Shown here piece after piece: positions 29,822 through 39,636 of a stretch of DNA of 64,000 nt (position 1 is the first letter of the stretch; every line of letters starts with the position of its first letter). The translations under genes were made by a program, and so were the position numbers. A model generated the notes under the pieces. That model saw only the letters and a list, made by a program, of their open reading frames with translations, searched no databases and was not told where the DNA came from. The DNA is from a bacterium UBP13_UBA5359 (GTDB lineage: Bacteria; UBP13; UBA5359): positions 146,643-210,642 of the forward strand of contig DHPR01000012.1 of NCBI GenBank assembly GCA_002410925.1, written 5' to 3'.

Positions 29822-31291
29822 TCAATCTATACTGTATAGAACAAACCGATTCGCCCCCGAAACAAACTCTCTTACATAGCTGGCCGGCAATCCTGCCGGT
29901 AATTGCTGCAGCGGTAAGAGCAGAAAAAAATCCCCTTGCCGTACTCCGTTTTGCAGCAGATAACGCAGAGGTTCTTCATCTGAAGAGATGTTAACATAAT
30001 TGCTCACTCCTTTACGGGAATAAAGCTCTGAACGCCAAGATTGGTAATAAATAGTATGTCCCTTTACGGCTTCGCTATCTGTAAACCGCATAACCATATC
30101 CAGACCGGATACGTAGGATCCGATTACAGCAACTGTTGTGCGAGAAGCTGCAAAGCTCTGCCTGAAAGTGAACCCCAGCAACAGAACCAGTAAGAAGTAC
30201 TTTGTCTTGCGTACATTACCAAGAGCAGTTACATACCCGGCCAGCCCTGCTATAGCCGTGCCGGCTATGCCGGCCAGCGGCAAAGAGAGCACCGCCTGAT
30301 AGCGCCACTCAGACAGAGGCGCCAGAGCGGTCAACGGCAGGACAAAGACCAGCCATATCACCATAAAATGCAGAGTAGAGGCTATACGCTTATCGTATTC
30401 ATTACAACCCGGCAGATACCGACGAACCTTGTTCCAGGCCGGCAGCAATGCTGCCATAATAACCACCGCCAGCGGCAAAGTAATTCCGGTCAACATGCGG
30501 AAGGCAAATCTGGCTGCCCTATCCAGGCTGGCAATTTTGAAAAGCTCCAAGCCGCCGGCGCCAAAAAGGTTAGGCCATACCGAGATCGGTACCAAAAGCA
30601 GAAGAAGCCTGCGGCGGTGCAGTAAGCTGCCTCGCCCTTCAAAAGCTATAAAAAAGGCCGCCACCAACAGAGGATATATACGGGCTGTCTCCTTTATAAG
30701 ACAGGCTGCCATTGCAGATAGGAATATCCCCGCCAGCCACCCTTTACTTCCGCTTCGGCTGTAAAAAGCCAGTCCTATCAGGGAGAGAATTACCAAAGTT
30801 TCGGCAAGCAATTCAAAATCACTGAAATACATGGCGCTTTGCAATGTGGACGGAGAGATAATCAACACTAGCGAAGATATGGCCGCAGCCATCCTGCTGC
30901 CAGATAAGAGCCGGATCAGGATATACAGTGCTATGACCAAAGACGCAACAACCACGGCTTTGAAAAGACGATAACCCAGGGGATTGGAGCCGAAAAAAGC
31001 ATAAAGACCGGAAAAAAGAACCGTTTCCAATGGTCTATAGAAAAATCCTTTCCCGATGCTAAAAACAGCTTTCCAATCAACACCCCGCTCCAAAGCTATA
31101 AGATAATCGTAATCATGCCAGTAAAACGGCAGATGATGGGTAAAGTACAGAAAATAGCAGAAAGCCAGTAAGGCCAGCAAAGGCAGCTCCCAGCAAATAT
31201 TTATCCGGGAGGCTATACCCGATAAGGTGCACCTCTGCCAGTATGCCGGCAGCATCATACCTATCCGTGGCTTTTTACGGCTAATGCTCAT
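29822..31291 (-). CDS. Polytopic membrane protein, GT-C (PMT/ArnT-like) glycosyltransferase candidate
   Basis: About 11 hydrophobic segments; WHDYD after TM1, FYRPL, and a late RY motif. Confidence 0.55.
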   Translation of the reverse strand: MSISRKKPRIGMMLPAYWQRCTLSGIASRINICWELPLLALLAFCYFLYFTHHLPFYWHDYDYLIALERGVDWKAVFSIGKGFFYRPLETVLFSGLYAFFGSNPLGYRLFKAVVVASLVIALYILIRLLSGSRMAAAISSLVLIISPSTLQSAMYFSDFELLAETLVILSLIGLAFYSRSGSKGWLAGIFLSAMAACLIKETARIYPLLVAAFFIAFEGRGSLLHRRRLLLLLVPISVWPNLFGAGGLELFKIASLDRAARFAFRMLTGITLPLAVVIMAALLPAWNKVRRYLPGCNEYDKRIASTLHFMVIWLVFVLPLTALAPLSEWRYQAVLSLPLAGIAGTAIAGLAGYVTALGNVRKTKYFLLVLLLGFTFRQSFAASRTTVAVIGSYVSGLDMVMRFTDSEAVKGHTIYYQSWRSELYSRKGVSNYVNISSDEEPLRYLLQNGVRQGDFFLLLPLQQLPAGLPASYVREFVSGANRFVLYSID

Positions 31292-32577
31292 AGCAACTTA
31301 TTGATTACTAAACCGGTTATGAGCTTGGGATAGAAATAGGTGGTCTTGCGCGGCATTCTCTCTCCGGCCAGAGCCAGGCCTTTAATCTGCTCCACTCTGG
31401 CAGGATTGAGCAACACCGCTATGTCGGCTTCACTACTTCGAACCGCCTCTAGGGCTCTATCCGCCTCTATTACAAAGGAGATGGTCCCCGGGTCTGTATC
31501 ATCCACATCCATGAGATCCCTGAGCAGAAGCTCATGTAGAATGGTAACATCCAGTCCGGCCAGAGGACCGGTAATATTCCCCACTCTGCCTGAAGCGGCT
31601 ATCTCCTGACGAAGCGTGAGCAGCTGCATGCCCTCATCCTTTGTGTACAGGATAAAGGACGGTCCCTTCCGGCCGGCCTCCGCCAGAGATGCCAGGGCCG
31701 TATCATGACAGCAGCTGCACACCGGATGTATCTCGAAGAAGCTTTCCAGCCGCTCCTTGGGCGGAAGCTTGCCCTTAATCACCAATCGATGAGTAGGCAG
31801 GATGGTCAGACCGGGATCGGACATCTCTACCATGACCATCATAACATAATCAAAGTCATAAGTGCCCTCTTCCCCAAGACCGCGCAAACGGCGCTGTTCA
31901 CGGCTATAGTTCAGAGCAGTTTCATAGCGATGATGCCCATCGGCTATAAAGAGCTGCTTATCGGCCAAGGCAGAGATTACGGCAGCCTGCATATCGGAAT
32001 CCGTCAAAGCCCATAGACGGTGCTCCTCAGTGTCCAAAGCAGCAACAGCCAACGGCTTGTCTGCCGTCACACGGTTGAAGGTCTCGGCAATGTGTCCCTC
32101 CGGTTCACTGTAAAGCCCGAACACGGGACTGAAGTTGGCGCCACAGGCCTGCATCAGGCGCAACCGGTCCTCCTTATGCTTGGAGAAGGTCTGCTCATGC
32201 GGTAATATGATACCTTGGCTGAAATCCACCAGGCGCACGGCACCGATAATGCCGCGCCGGGTAAGGTGCCCCCCTCCGGGCAGGACGTATTCCTGCTCAT
32301 AAAGATAGAGCGTGGGTTGTTCGTCCCGGCTCAGTACACCCTTTTCCTGCCAGCTATTGAAGCGATCGGCCGCTCTGGTATAGCGATTATTAGTATCATT
32401 ATCCCCCGAGCGTTCTTCATCCAGAATAAGTCTGACCACGTTATACGGATCTCTATCGCAAAGCTTATGCTGCTGATCGGAATCGATGACATCATAAGGA
32501 GGGGCCAACACAGCAGATAGAAACGCTCCTTCTCTGCCGGAATATCTTATGCCTTTGAATGCTCTTACCTCTGCCAT
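31288..32577 (-). CDS. DUF1015-family protein
   Basis: APPYDVI, ILPHEQT, IADGHHRYETA, PTHR, KTTYFYPK. Confidence 0.9.
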   Translation of the reverse strand: MAEVRAFKGIRYSGREGAFLSAVLAPPYDVIDSDQQHKLCDRDPYNVVRLILDEERSGDNDTNNRYTRAADRFNSWQEKGVLSRDEQPTLYLYEQEYVLPGGGHLTRRGIIGAVRLVDFSQGIILPHEQTFSKHKEDRLRLMQACGANFSPVFGLYSEPEGHIAETFNRVTADKPLAVAALDTEEHRLWALTDSDMQAAVISALADKQLFIADGHHRYETALNYSREQRRLRGLGEEGTYDFDYVMMVMVEMSDPGLTILPTHRLVIKGKLPPKERLESFFEIHPVCSCCHDTALASLAEAGRKGPSFILYTKDEGMQLLTLRQEIAASGRVGNITGPLAGLDVTILHELLLRDLMDVDDTDPGTISFVIEADRALEAVRSSEADIAVLLNPARVEQIKGLALAGERMPRKTTYFYPKLITGLVINKLL

Positions 32578-32687
32578 ATCTGCCTCCCCCGGCCGAATCT
32601 GTCCGAAACAAATACCAGCCTGATGAAAATTCTTTCGTTTTTGCCGCTCGGCCTGTCAGCCAAAGCAGCACATATTATAATATATCA

Positions 32688-32845
32688 CAGGAAGGCCTGG
32701 ATTTCATCTTAACCGTGCGCGTCAAACCCGGAAGCGAACGCAGCGACGCAGCCGGAGAAGCGAAACTGGCTTACCGGCAGCCTCTGTTTCCACCTCAGAG
32801 ACACAAAATTCTATTCTGCGCAGGGTAACTTGAATCCGGGGGATA
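32688..32845 (+). ncRNA. Putative structured small RNA (rod with central bubble; 6S-like architecture)
   Basis: CTGTCA-17-TATAAT upstream; long-range pairing 32696-32721 with 32817-32840; apical stem 32730-32791. Confidence 0.35.
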
Positions 32846-32982
32846 GGGAAGACCAAAGAAAGCTGAAATTGGCCTGCCAATCGCTTTTCAGGATGCCCGG
32901 GAAGCTTTCTGCTACCGCCATCCCTGACCACTTCTTCCATACAGGCACCCTGGTAAACCAGCTGATCCCAATATCATACATT

Positions 32983-34005
32983 TCACCGATTACGCAAGCG
33001 CCAGCCCTCGTCAAGCATAGTCAGATATTTCTCTATGGGAATATATGAGGCTATGCTGTTGCCGGAGCCCAGCGCGTATCCGCCCTCTGCGCCCACCTCT
33101 GTGACCAGCATCCCGGTATATGCCCGTATCTCTTCCTCCGTACTCCGGCAAAGCCTGTCCACATCGTAGCCACCCAGGATAGCGATCCTCTCTCCGTACA
33201 GCTTCCATGCCTCCGTAACGGGAAGGATAGAGTCCTCGTAGGAATGCTTGGCATCTATCTTCACCTCCTCGATGATCTCCTCCATCACCGGGGCAAGTTG
33301 TCCGCAGGAGTGCAGAATCACCGGCTTACCGGCGGCATGCCCTATCTCCGCCAGCTTCTTGTGCACGGGAAGTATATACTTCCTGAGATCGTCAGGTCTT
33401 AGCAACGGCTGGGTCTTGAAGCCCAGATCATCATGAACGACCACCGCCCCCACAATGTCGATCGAGGCCATATTGCGATACATGGCGGTGAATATATCCT
33501 CCAAACGGCTGCATACCGCCTGCACCAGATCCGGATCATCGATCAGCATAAAACAGAGCGGCTCAAAACCGATCAGGGATTGCAGACATTCAAAGAAACC
33601 GCTTAATCCGCTGTTGCAGGTGGCCATCATGCCTTCCGGCAATACCCGGGACACCTGATCGAATTCCGCGTATGAAACGGCATCCGTTGCCGGCCAGGGA
33701 TACTCCTCGAAGCTCTTCCTGTCACTTATCGGATATGGGTGAGAGCGATCAACGAGACTTCCCCGCGGCATATCCACCCTGCTCCACACAGGCAAACAAT
33801 CATACCCCGCTTTGTAATAGAACTCCACCGTATCAGCCGCATGTTCAATCCGCTTTCCCAGCACGCGTTCCTGGACGGGAATATCCACCAGCAGTTCATA
33901 GAACGGGATAAAATCCGGCCTGCCGTCACGCAGGAGAACACGTCTGAGTTGGTCAAAATCCGGTGCCGGTTTGATACATGTTTCCTCTAAAGATTGCAAG
34001 GGCAT
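32983..34005 (-). CDS. Uroporphyrinogen decarboxylase/MtaA-CmuA-like TIM-barrel protein
   Basis: PFYE, HDDLG, LHSCG, KHSYED, GYALGSGNSI; ATG 34005 follows GGAGGTG. Confidence 0.82.
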   Translation of the reverse strand: MPLQSLEETCIKPAPDFDQLRRVLLRDGRPDFIPFYELLVDIPVQERVLGKRIEHAADTVEFYYKAGYDCLPVWSRVDMPRGSLVDRSHPYPISDRKSFEEYPWPATDAVSYAEFDQVSRVLPEGMMATCNSGLSGFFECLQSLIGFEPLCFMLIDDPDLVQAVCSRLEDIFTAMYRNMASIDIVGAVVVHDDLGFKTQPLLRPDDLRKYILPVHKKLAEIGHAAGKPVILHSCGQLAPVMEEIIEEVKIDAKHSYEDSILPVTEAWKLYGERIAILGGYDVDRLCRSTEEEIRAYTGMLVTEVGAEGGYALGSGNSIASYIPIEKYLTMLDEGWRLRNR

Positions 34006-34022
34006 TCGATCACACCTCCACA

Positions 34023-35333
34023 TCAGGCAGCCCGACGCAGACTATAAGCGCCGGCATCGGCCGAAGGCTTACTGGCCTTCAGAGCTTCAAACATCATTTT
34101 GAAGATATCGGTATTATCCAAAACTTTGACCTTACCTCGTTCGAAATCGCTGATCTCCCTGGCGAGCTTCTCCACTATCTTGCTGCCGCTCCCCTGGCAG
34201 TATAGGTCCACCAGGCGATTGGTGTGACTAAACCATTTTCCGTCAGTACCCCAGCTTACCACCGGCAGCGTCCCCGCCGGGCCGGGCTTGACATCATGCA
34301 TATAGCCCGTATCATGATCTGCAGTAATGATCAATAGGTTCTCTTGCCAGCCGCCATGCTTTCCGATCCACTCCAGCACCGTGGCTACCGCTTCGTCGAA
34401 GCCCAAAGTTTCGCCTATGGACTGATTCAGATTATTAGCGTGGTTGGCAAAATCTATGGCTCCTCCTTCTACCAGCAGAACAAAACCTTTCTTCTGCTCC
34501 AATACGGATAACGCTCCCTGGACCATCTCTGCCAGCGCCGGCTGATCCGGGGAAACTTCGGATCCATCAGACAGGCGGTATTTCAGAAACTCTCCCTTAA
34601 ACAGCCCGAATACCTTAGTATGTTTAGCTTCTCCGATCAACGCTTTAAAATCTTCCCGGCTTTCAGCTAGTTTATAAGGAGTGGAACCGGACTTGAGCAA
34701 TACCCAGTCATCCTGAGACAGATAGGTATACTCCCGTCCCTTTCTAAACGCTTCCGGATGGCCGCCTCCCATGATAACATCGAGCTTTGATTCAAACAGC
34801 ATCTGCCCGGCAATGGCGGTATACCTGCCACGGCTGTCGACATGAGCACCGAAAGCTGCCGGGGTAGCATGGCAGAATGGAACGGTAGTAACAACGCCGG
34901 TTTTTAATCCCTTCTCTTGGGCTATCTCCATAATATTGACCAGCGGATTCTTCTGAAAATCGACTCCGATGGCGCCATCAAACGTCTTTACTCCCGTTGC
35001 CAGAGCCGTGGCCGCGGCTGCCGAATCCGTGGGCCTCCTTTTGGGATACTCTTTGTTGCCGCCATTCCAGCCGGGATCATAGCTCCCCTCGACGGAAAAG
35101 GTAGTGACATAGAGATGCTTCTTCACTCTTTCCATGGCCAGATAGCTTTGGCCGCCGAAAGCATGATATTCAGAGCCGAACTTGTAAGCTCCGGCAGCCT
35201 TTACCACATCCGGCCCCATGCCGTCTCCAATCATCAGGATGATATTCCTGGATGCGGCCAAACAGGGTGATATCGCTAACACTATGAACATAATCAACAA
35301 TGCGAACGTTGTTGCGTTTCTCTTAGCAAACAC
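34023..35333 (-). CDS. Secreted alkaline phosphatase (PhoA type)
   Basis: IGDGMG, TDSAAAATA, HATPA, EGGAIDFANH, TADHDTG; signal peptide. Confidence 0.93.
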   Translation of the reverse strand: MFAKRNATTFALLIMFIVLAISPCLAASRNIILMIGDGMGPDVVKAAGAYKFGSEYHAFGGQSYLAMERVKKHLYVTTFSVEGSYDPGWNGGNKEYPKRRPTDSAAAATALATGVKTFDGAIGVDFQKNPLVNIMEIAQEKGLKTGVVTTVPFCHATPAAFGAHVDSRGRYTAIAGQMLFESKLDVIMGGGHPEAFRKGREYTYLSQDDWVLLKSGSTPYKLAESREDFKALIGEAKHTKVFGLFKGEFLKYRLSDGSEVSPDQPALAEMVQGALSVLEQKKGFVLLVEGGAIDFANHANNLNQSIGETLGFDEAVATVLEWIGKHGGWQENLLIITADHDTGYMHDVKPGPAGTLPVVSWGTDGKWFSHTNRLVDLYCQGSGSKIVEKLAREISDFERGKVKVLDNTDIFKMMFEALKASKPSADAGAYSLRRAA

Positions 35334-35366
35334 TCTTATCCTTCCTCCTTCTCAACATTTCCGCAT

Positions 35367-38231
35367 TCACCATTTTCTGGGATTATCCTTTAATCCCTGG
35401 TAGATCCGTTCCGCTTCATCCACCTCTTTCAAATAGGGTGAGCAGAGGCTTTCCGGCCATTTCTCTTTCTGAGCTAGGCCAGTAATAGCCTTTCTCAGGC
35501 TGCTTATCCAGGTAAGTATATATTCGATATCCTCATCCGTAGGCTTGATGCTTTTTTTACCGACCTGAATATAGACGGGCGCGGTATGTGCCCAGTTGCC
35601 GAAGAACTCTCCTTGCCGGCCGTAGCATCTGACGGCCAGCCAGCCGGTGCCGTCAACTTGTTGGGTATAGCTAGTTCTAAATATTTTATCTTTGCTGCCA
35701 GGCGTAATTCTCTTTATCACTCTGCCGTTCATAATCACTTCTATCTTCTCCACCCCATAGAGATGGCCGGCTTCTATCTCGCATCGAACGCTGCCTCCGA
35801 CCTCAGGCAGATCAACGATGCTGCCCATATCTTGCCCATTAACATTGACAATAACAAACGGCCCGGTGGTCACAAATAGTCGCTGTGCCTTATATGCGTT
35901 GATTACTTTCTGCCAAGAAAGCTCTTTAAGCTTTGTATATGCCCGATAACCTCCCGGCGTAACTACGGTGGCCGGATTGTTAATGTATGTGTCCGTAGCT
36001 GCCGTTGCCGCCATCTTGAAACCGGCATTCAGGAAGCGATATCCGATCGGATTCTCTCCCTTGAAAGCGTATCTCCACAAATTAACCTTGCCGAGCGCCA
36101 CGGCTACCGGTAAACCCCGACAGGATTCTACAAAAACGGGTTTCTCAATGGGATATTGAATATCTTCGGCAAAAGTGGCCGCGCCCCCCTTGGCTTGAAG
36201 TGCGCTCAGAGCATCGATCTGCGCAAAGTATCCGGCTTTACCTGTATCGGCGTTAAGGCAGATAACATCCCCCAAGACTCTGCTGCCTACTTCCTGCCCG
36301 CTGCCGGCCAGGGTCTCATCGTCCAGCCGGACAGCCTTTTCGCTCATACCATCCACGATGTTAAACCAGTTCAGCCCTTCTGCCTGAAAGATTTTGAAGG
36401 CGTTGCCGATATTGTCGCCTGTCAGCAACATATCATAGCGTTTCTCTGTATGACCTATCGTTTGCAGTTCTTCATCCCCGCCATACCAGCCCATATCCGG
36501 CAGGTTAACCCATCTTTTCAGCTTGACGTCAAGTCTCTTTTTCTCTCCGTCACCTAATGTTAACTCTATCTTCTGAGGCTCGTATTCAAAGCCGCGCAGC
36601 AGAACTATATTATATTTTCCAGGCGGAAGCTTCATCTCAAAGTTACCGAAGGCATAGAACTGACCTCGTTTTTCATGGCCGTATGAAAAGCTATCTTCCG
36701 GGAAGAAATAAACGCCGCTGTCGTTATGAAGCATAGCTTTGACATTTATGGCTTTGCCTGTGCCGGCATCCGCAACGCTGCACTTAAGACCGGATGTGCA
36801 TCCCTGTAAGTATTTTTCATGCTCCGTCAATAGTTTAAGCTTGGCTATGGCGATATTGTCCTCATAATCCCGGCTGATCTCCGCCGGCGAAAGGGCATAA
36901 TTATAGAGCTTTACCTCTCTGATAAAGCCGGAAAACTGGTAATGTATGTCGGGAAAGGTAGCCAGCCCGCTGATCACCAAGGGCAAAGCGGCATAGTTAT
37001 AATCGCCCAGGGAGGGAGTATAGCTGATTTTACCGGTTACGTCCGCCTCTTTTACACCCTTGCCGTTAAGATAGAGCCTGGCTTTTCCCTGCCGGCCATC
37101 GAAAGAGAAACCGAGGTGATACCACTTCCCCTTCTCTATCAACGGGGCGGAGTATATCCGGCAGGGCTTTCTTATCCCTTTGTCCTCCAAATATAGTTCA
37201 AGGACCAGTTGCTTGTTGATGACGGAAAAGTTATAGCCGCTGTAAGTCGCCCTGCCTTTGCTGATGACCCCATTCGCTCCCAGAGGACTGGCCAGGTTCA
37301 CCCAGGCGACAAGGCTCATCCGGTCATCGAAATTGAGATAATCCTGATGCGGTATCTCTACTCTGGTCCGCTTGCCGTCGAACTCCAAACCGGCTGCGCC
37401 GTCGGCCTTGCTCCACAAACCGTTGACTATGCTGCCGTCGATACGCAGGGAAGACCTGTCGCGAGCTATATTCCCCTGGCCTTCATCAAGGGGAAAATAG
37501 GCGACAAGCTCTCTAGCGGATGGAGCCTTCTTGGCCATATTAACCGGAGAACTCTCACTCTTTATCTCTTCCTGGCTCAATGCACGCCCATATATCTTTA
37601 CCTCGTCGATAGCGCCGCGAAACGATCGTTTCTTTAAGCCGCCGCCGATCCTCAAGGGATCCTTATTTAAATCCATACTGCCTGAAACGCTCTTCTTACC
37701 GACGTTCTTCCCGTCTATGTAACCGTATAAGTCACTGCCGTCGTAGACCAGGGCCAGATGGTGCCAGTTATAAGGGGATACCTTACCGCTTATCTGGAAG
37801 GATTCCTTGCCGGCTGATATCATAAAGATAACCGCTGTCCCGTCCTTGTTGCTGAAAATGCCGTATGAGCCCAGATAGTTTGTGCCGGGCTTGCCTAAGA
37901 TATTTCTCCCGGCCAAGCCCGCTTCGACAGGCTCCGGCTTGACAAAGAGAGAGATGCTGAAAGCTCCGGCAGGATTGAGAGCATCGGCATCCGCTATTTC
38001 CAGATAATTGTCGATGCCGTTGCAGCCCAGCGCACTTCCCTTTATCCCCTCAACCTGTGCAGCTCCGTAAACCTTGCCGTTACTCTTGCTGGCAGAATTA
38101 TCAGGGCAAATGCCGTCCTTGCACTCATCAAAGCTCCAGTACCCCAGCGGGGCAAGGTTGTCTGCGTAGGCCATAGGCATAGATAGCAGCAACAGCATAA
38201 AGACCAGGATCGCCGATATCTTCTTGCTCAT
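35367..38231 (-). CDS. Secreted protein: two LamG-like domains plus a CehA/McbA (PHP-like) metallohydrolase-like domain
   Basis: Two WHH/WYH...YIDG/YLNG...F.G.I.EVK.Y..ALS repeats; RGFEYEP, GWYGGD, RLFVTTGP, AHTAPVY. Confidence 0.7.
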   Translation of the reverse strand: MSKKISAILVFMLLLLSMPMAYADNLAPLGYWSFDECKDGICPDNSASKSNGKVYGAAQVEGIKGSALGCNGIDNYLEIADADALNPAGAFSISLFVKPEPVEAGLAGRNILGKPGTNYLGSYGIFSNKDGTAVIFMISAGKESFQISGKVSPYNWHHLALVYDGSDLYGYIDGKNVGKKSVSGSMDLNKDPLRIGGGLKKRSFRGAIDEVKIYGRALSQEEIKSESSPVNMAKKAPSARELVAYFPLDEGQGNIARDRSSLRIDGSIVNGLWSKADGAAGLEFDGKRTRVEIPHQDYLNFDDRMSLVAWVNLASPLGANGVISKGRATYSGYNFSVINKQLVLELYLEDKGIRKPCRIYSAPLIEKGKWYHLGFSFDGRQGKARLYLNGKGVKEADVTGKISYTPSLGDYNYAALPLVISGLATFPDIHYQFSGFIREVKLYNYALSPAEISRDYEDNIAIAKLKLLTEHEKYLQGCTSGLKCSVADAGTGKAINVKAMLHNDSGVYFFPEDSFSYGHEKRGQFYAFGNFEMKLPPGKYNIVLLRGFEYEPQKIELTLGDGEKKRLDVKLKRWVNLPDMGWYGGDEELQTIGHTEKRYDMLLTGDNIGNAFKIFQAEGLNWFNIVDGMSEKAVRLDDETLAGSGQEVGSRVLGDVICLNADTGKAGYFAQIDALSALQAKGGAATFAEDIQYPIEKPVFVESCRGLPVAVALGKVNLWRYAFKGENPIGYRFLNAGFKMAATAATDTYINNPATVVTPGGYRAYTKLKELSWQKVINAYKAQRLFVTTGPFVIVNVNGQDMGSIVDLPEVGGSVRCEIEAGHLYGVEKIEVIMNGRVIKRITPGSKDKIFRTSYTQQVDGTGWLAVRCYGRQGEFFGNWAHTAPVYIQVGKKSIKPTDEDIEYILTWISSLRKAITGLAQKEKWPESLCSPYLKEVDEAERIYQGLKDNPRKW

Positions 38232-38304
38232 ATATATCCCTCACTTCATAATATAGATATCAGAAGCTTGATTGCTTGATAAGTATCTCCCCGCCAATAT
38301 ACCG

Positions 38305-39585
38305 TCATTCCCTTCCCGCAAACTTCTGTCCTTTAACCGATAAATTGTGTACAGTGCTCTCTATATCCTGCTTTCCCAGAAGAAACAGCTCTGTTTCCGG
38401 TGAGAAAACGGTGCTGCTGAACTCATCGGCCCAGGTTACTTTAAGTATCGGCCGGGCATAGTATATGGAATCGATATAGACGCTGATATGCTCAGGGGGT
38501 GGTGTGCAGAACGTCTTCTTGGCCACCTCGAGGATAGGCGGTATGCAATTCCTCCCCTTGCCCATAATAGCGGTCCCCTCCGGTCCGCAGGCGAATTTCA
38601 GGAATTTGAAGGCTGCCTCTTTCACCTTGCTCTGGCTGGATATATGCAGCGTGCCGGTAGAGAAGGCGCTGACTCTCTTCCTGCCGGCCGCTGTCGGCAT
38701 GGGTGCCACATCCCAGGAGAAGGCTTTCACATCCTGCAAGGAGGACAGCATAAACGAGGGGGCGATAAACATCCCGATACGTCCGGTCATAAACATCTGT
38801 AACCCGTTCTTCAGCTTGTCCGCCTCTCCTCCGAGCTGTGCCAATGAGGGGACTGATTTGTCTACATTCTGCAACGTAAGTATGTATCGCAACCCCTCCC
38901 GCATCTCCCGGCTGTCGACCAGACAACGTTTTCCTTCCGGATCAAAGAGCTTCCCTCCAAGGCTCTCAACCACATCCATGGAGCCAGGCAGAAGCGCCCC
39001 ATACTGTACCAGCTTGCCTTCTTTCCTGACTGTGAGCTTCCTGGCGGTTGCCCGGAAATCATCCCAGGTCCAATTGCCGTCAGGATAGGGCAGATGGGCG
39101 GCATCAAAGATAGCTTTATTATATACTAATGCGTTGGTGCCGTAATAAATCGGCAAGCCGTAAATACCTCCGTTATAACGCAAGCCGTCCAGCAAGGCCG
39201 GGAAGTACTGTCCCAGGTCCACACCCTCCCTCTCAATGAACGGGCGCAGATCTATGACGGAGCTCTTCTTGACCAGCGGAGGCAGAATAGTGTCGCACCA
39301 GAAGAAAACATCCGGAGCCGTGCCGCCGGCTATCTCGACCTTTATTTTGTTAGGGCCGCCTTGCGTAGGCTCCAATTTTACGTGGACTTCATTTTGACTC
39401 TGATTAAAGGCATCCACCACTTGCTGATGCAGCTTCAACTGGGCGGGATAAACTTCCCAATTTTCATAACGGACCGTCACTCTCTTGCTTGCCTGACCGG
39501 AGCCTGAGCCGAGGTGTTTGCTGCAGCCTGCTGCCAACAGGACGCTAAAGATAGACCATATAATCAATATACGACGGATCGCCAT
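38305..39585 (-). CDS. Sugar ABC transporter substrate-binding lipoprotein
   Basis: Lipobox LAAGC; GTAPDVF, YGLP, YNKAIFD, WTWDDF. Confidence 0.92.
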   Translation of the reverse strand: MAIRRILIIWSIFSVLLAAGCSKHLGSGSGQASKRVTVRYENWEVYPAQLKLHQQVVDAFNQSQNEVHVKLEPTQGGPNKIKVEIAGGTAPDVFFWCDTILPPLVKKSSVIDLRPFIEREGVDLGQYFPALLDGLRYNGGIYGLPIYYGTNALVYNKAIFDAAHLPYPDGNWTWDDFRATARKLTVRKEGKLVQYGALLPGSMDVVESLGGKLFDPEGKRCLVDSREMREGLRYILTLQNVDKSVPSLAQLGGEADKLKNGLQMFMTGRIGMFIAPSFMLSSLQDVKAFSWDVAPMPTAAGRKRVSAFSTGTLHISSQSKVKEAAFKFLKFACGPEGTAIMGKGRNCIPPILEVAKKTFCTPPPEHISVYIDSIYYARPILKVTWADEFSSTVFSPETELFLLGKQDIESTVHNLSVKGQKFAGRE

Positions 39586-39636
39586 ACCGGGTTTCCTCCC
39601 ACTATACTTCTACTTTATCCAAACAATAACACCGGT

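Noticed and set aside
32722-33048. Small ORFs in the DUF1015/URO-D gap; also SRP-, tmRNA-, attC- or retron-like readings of it
   Set aside because: No protein motifs. The CCGGAAG..GCAGC string cannot form the SRP stem, there are no tmRNA ends, no matching GTTRRRY end for attC, and no reverse transcriptase nearby.
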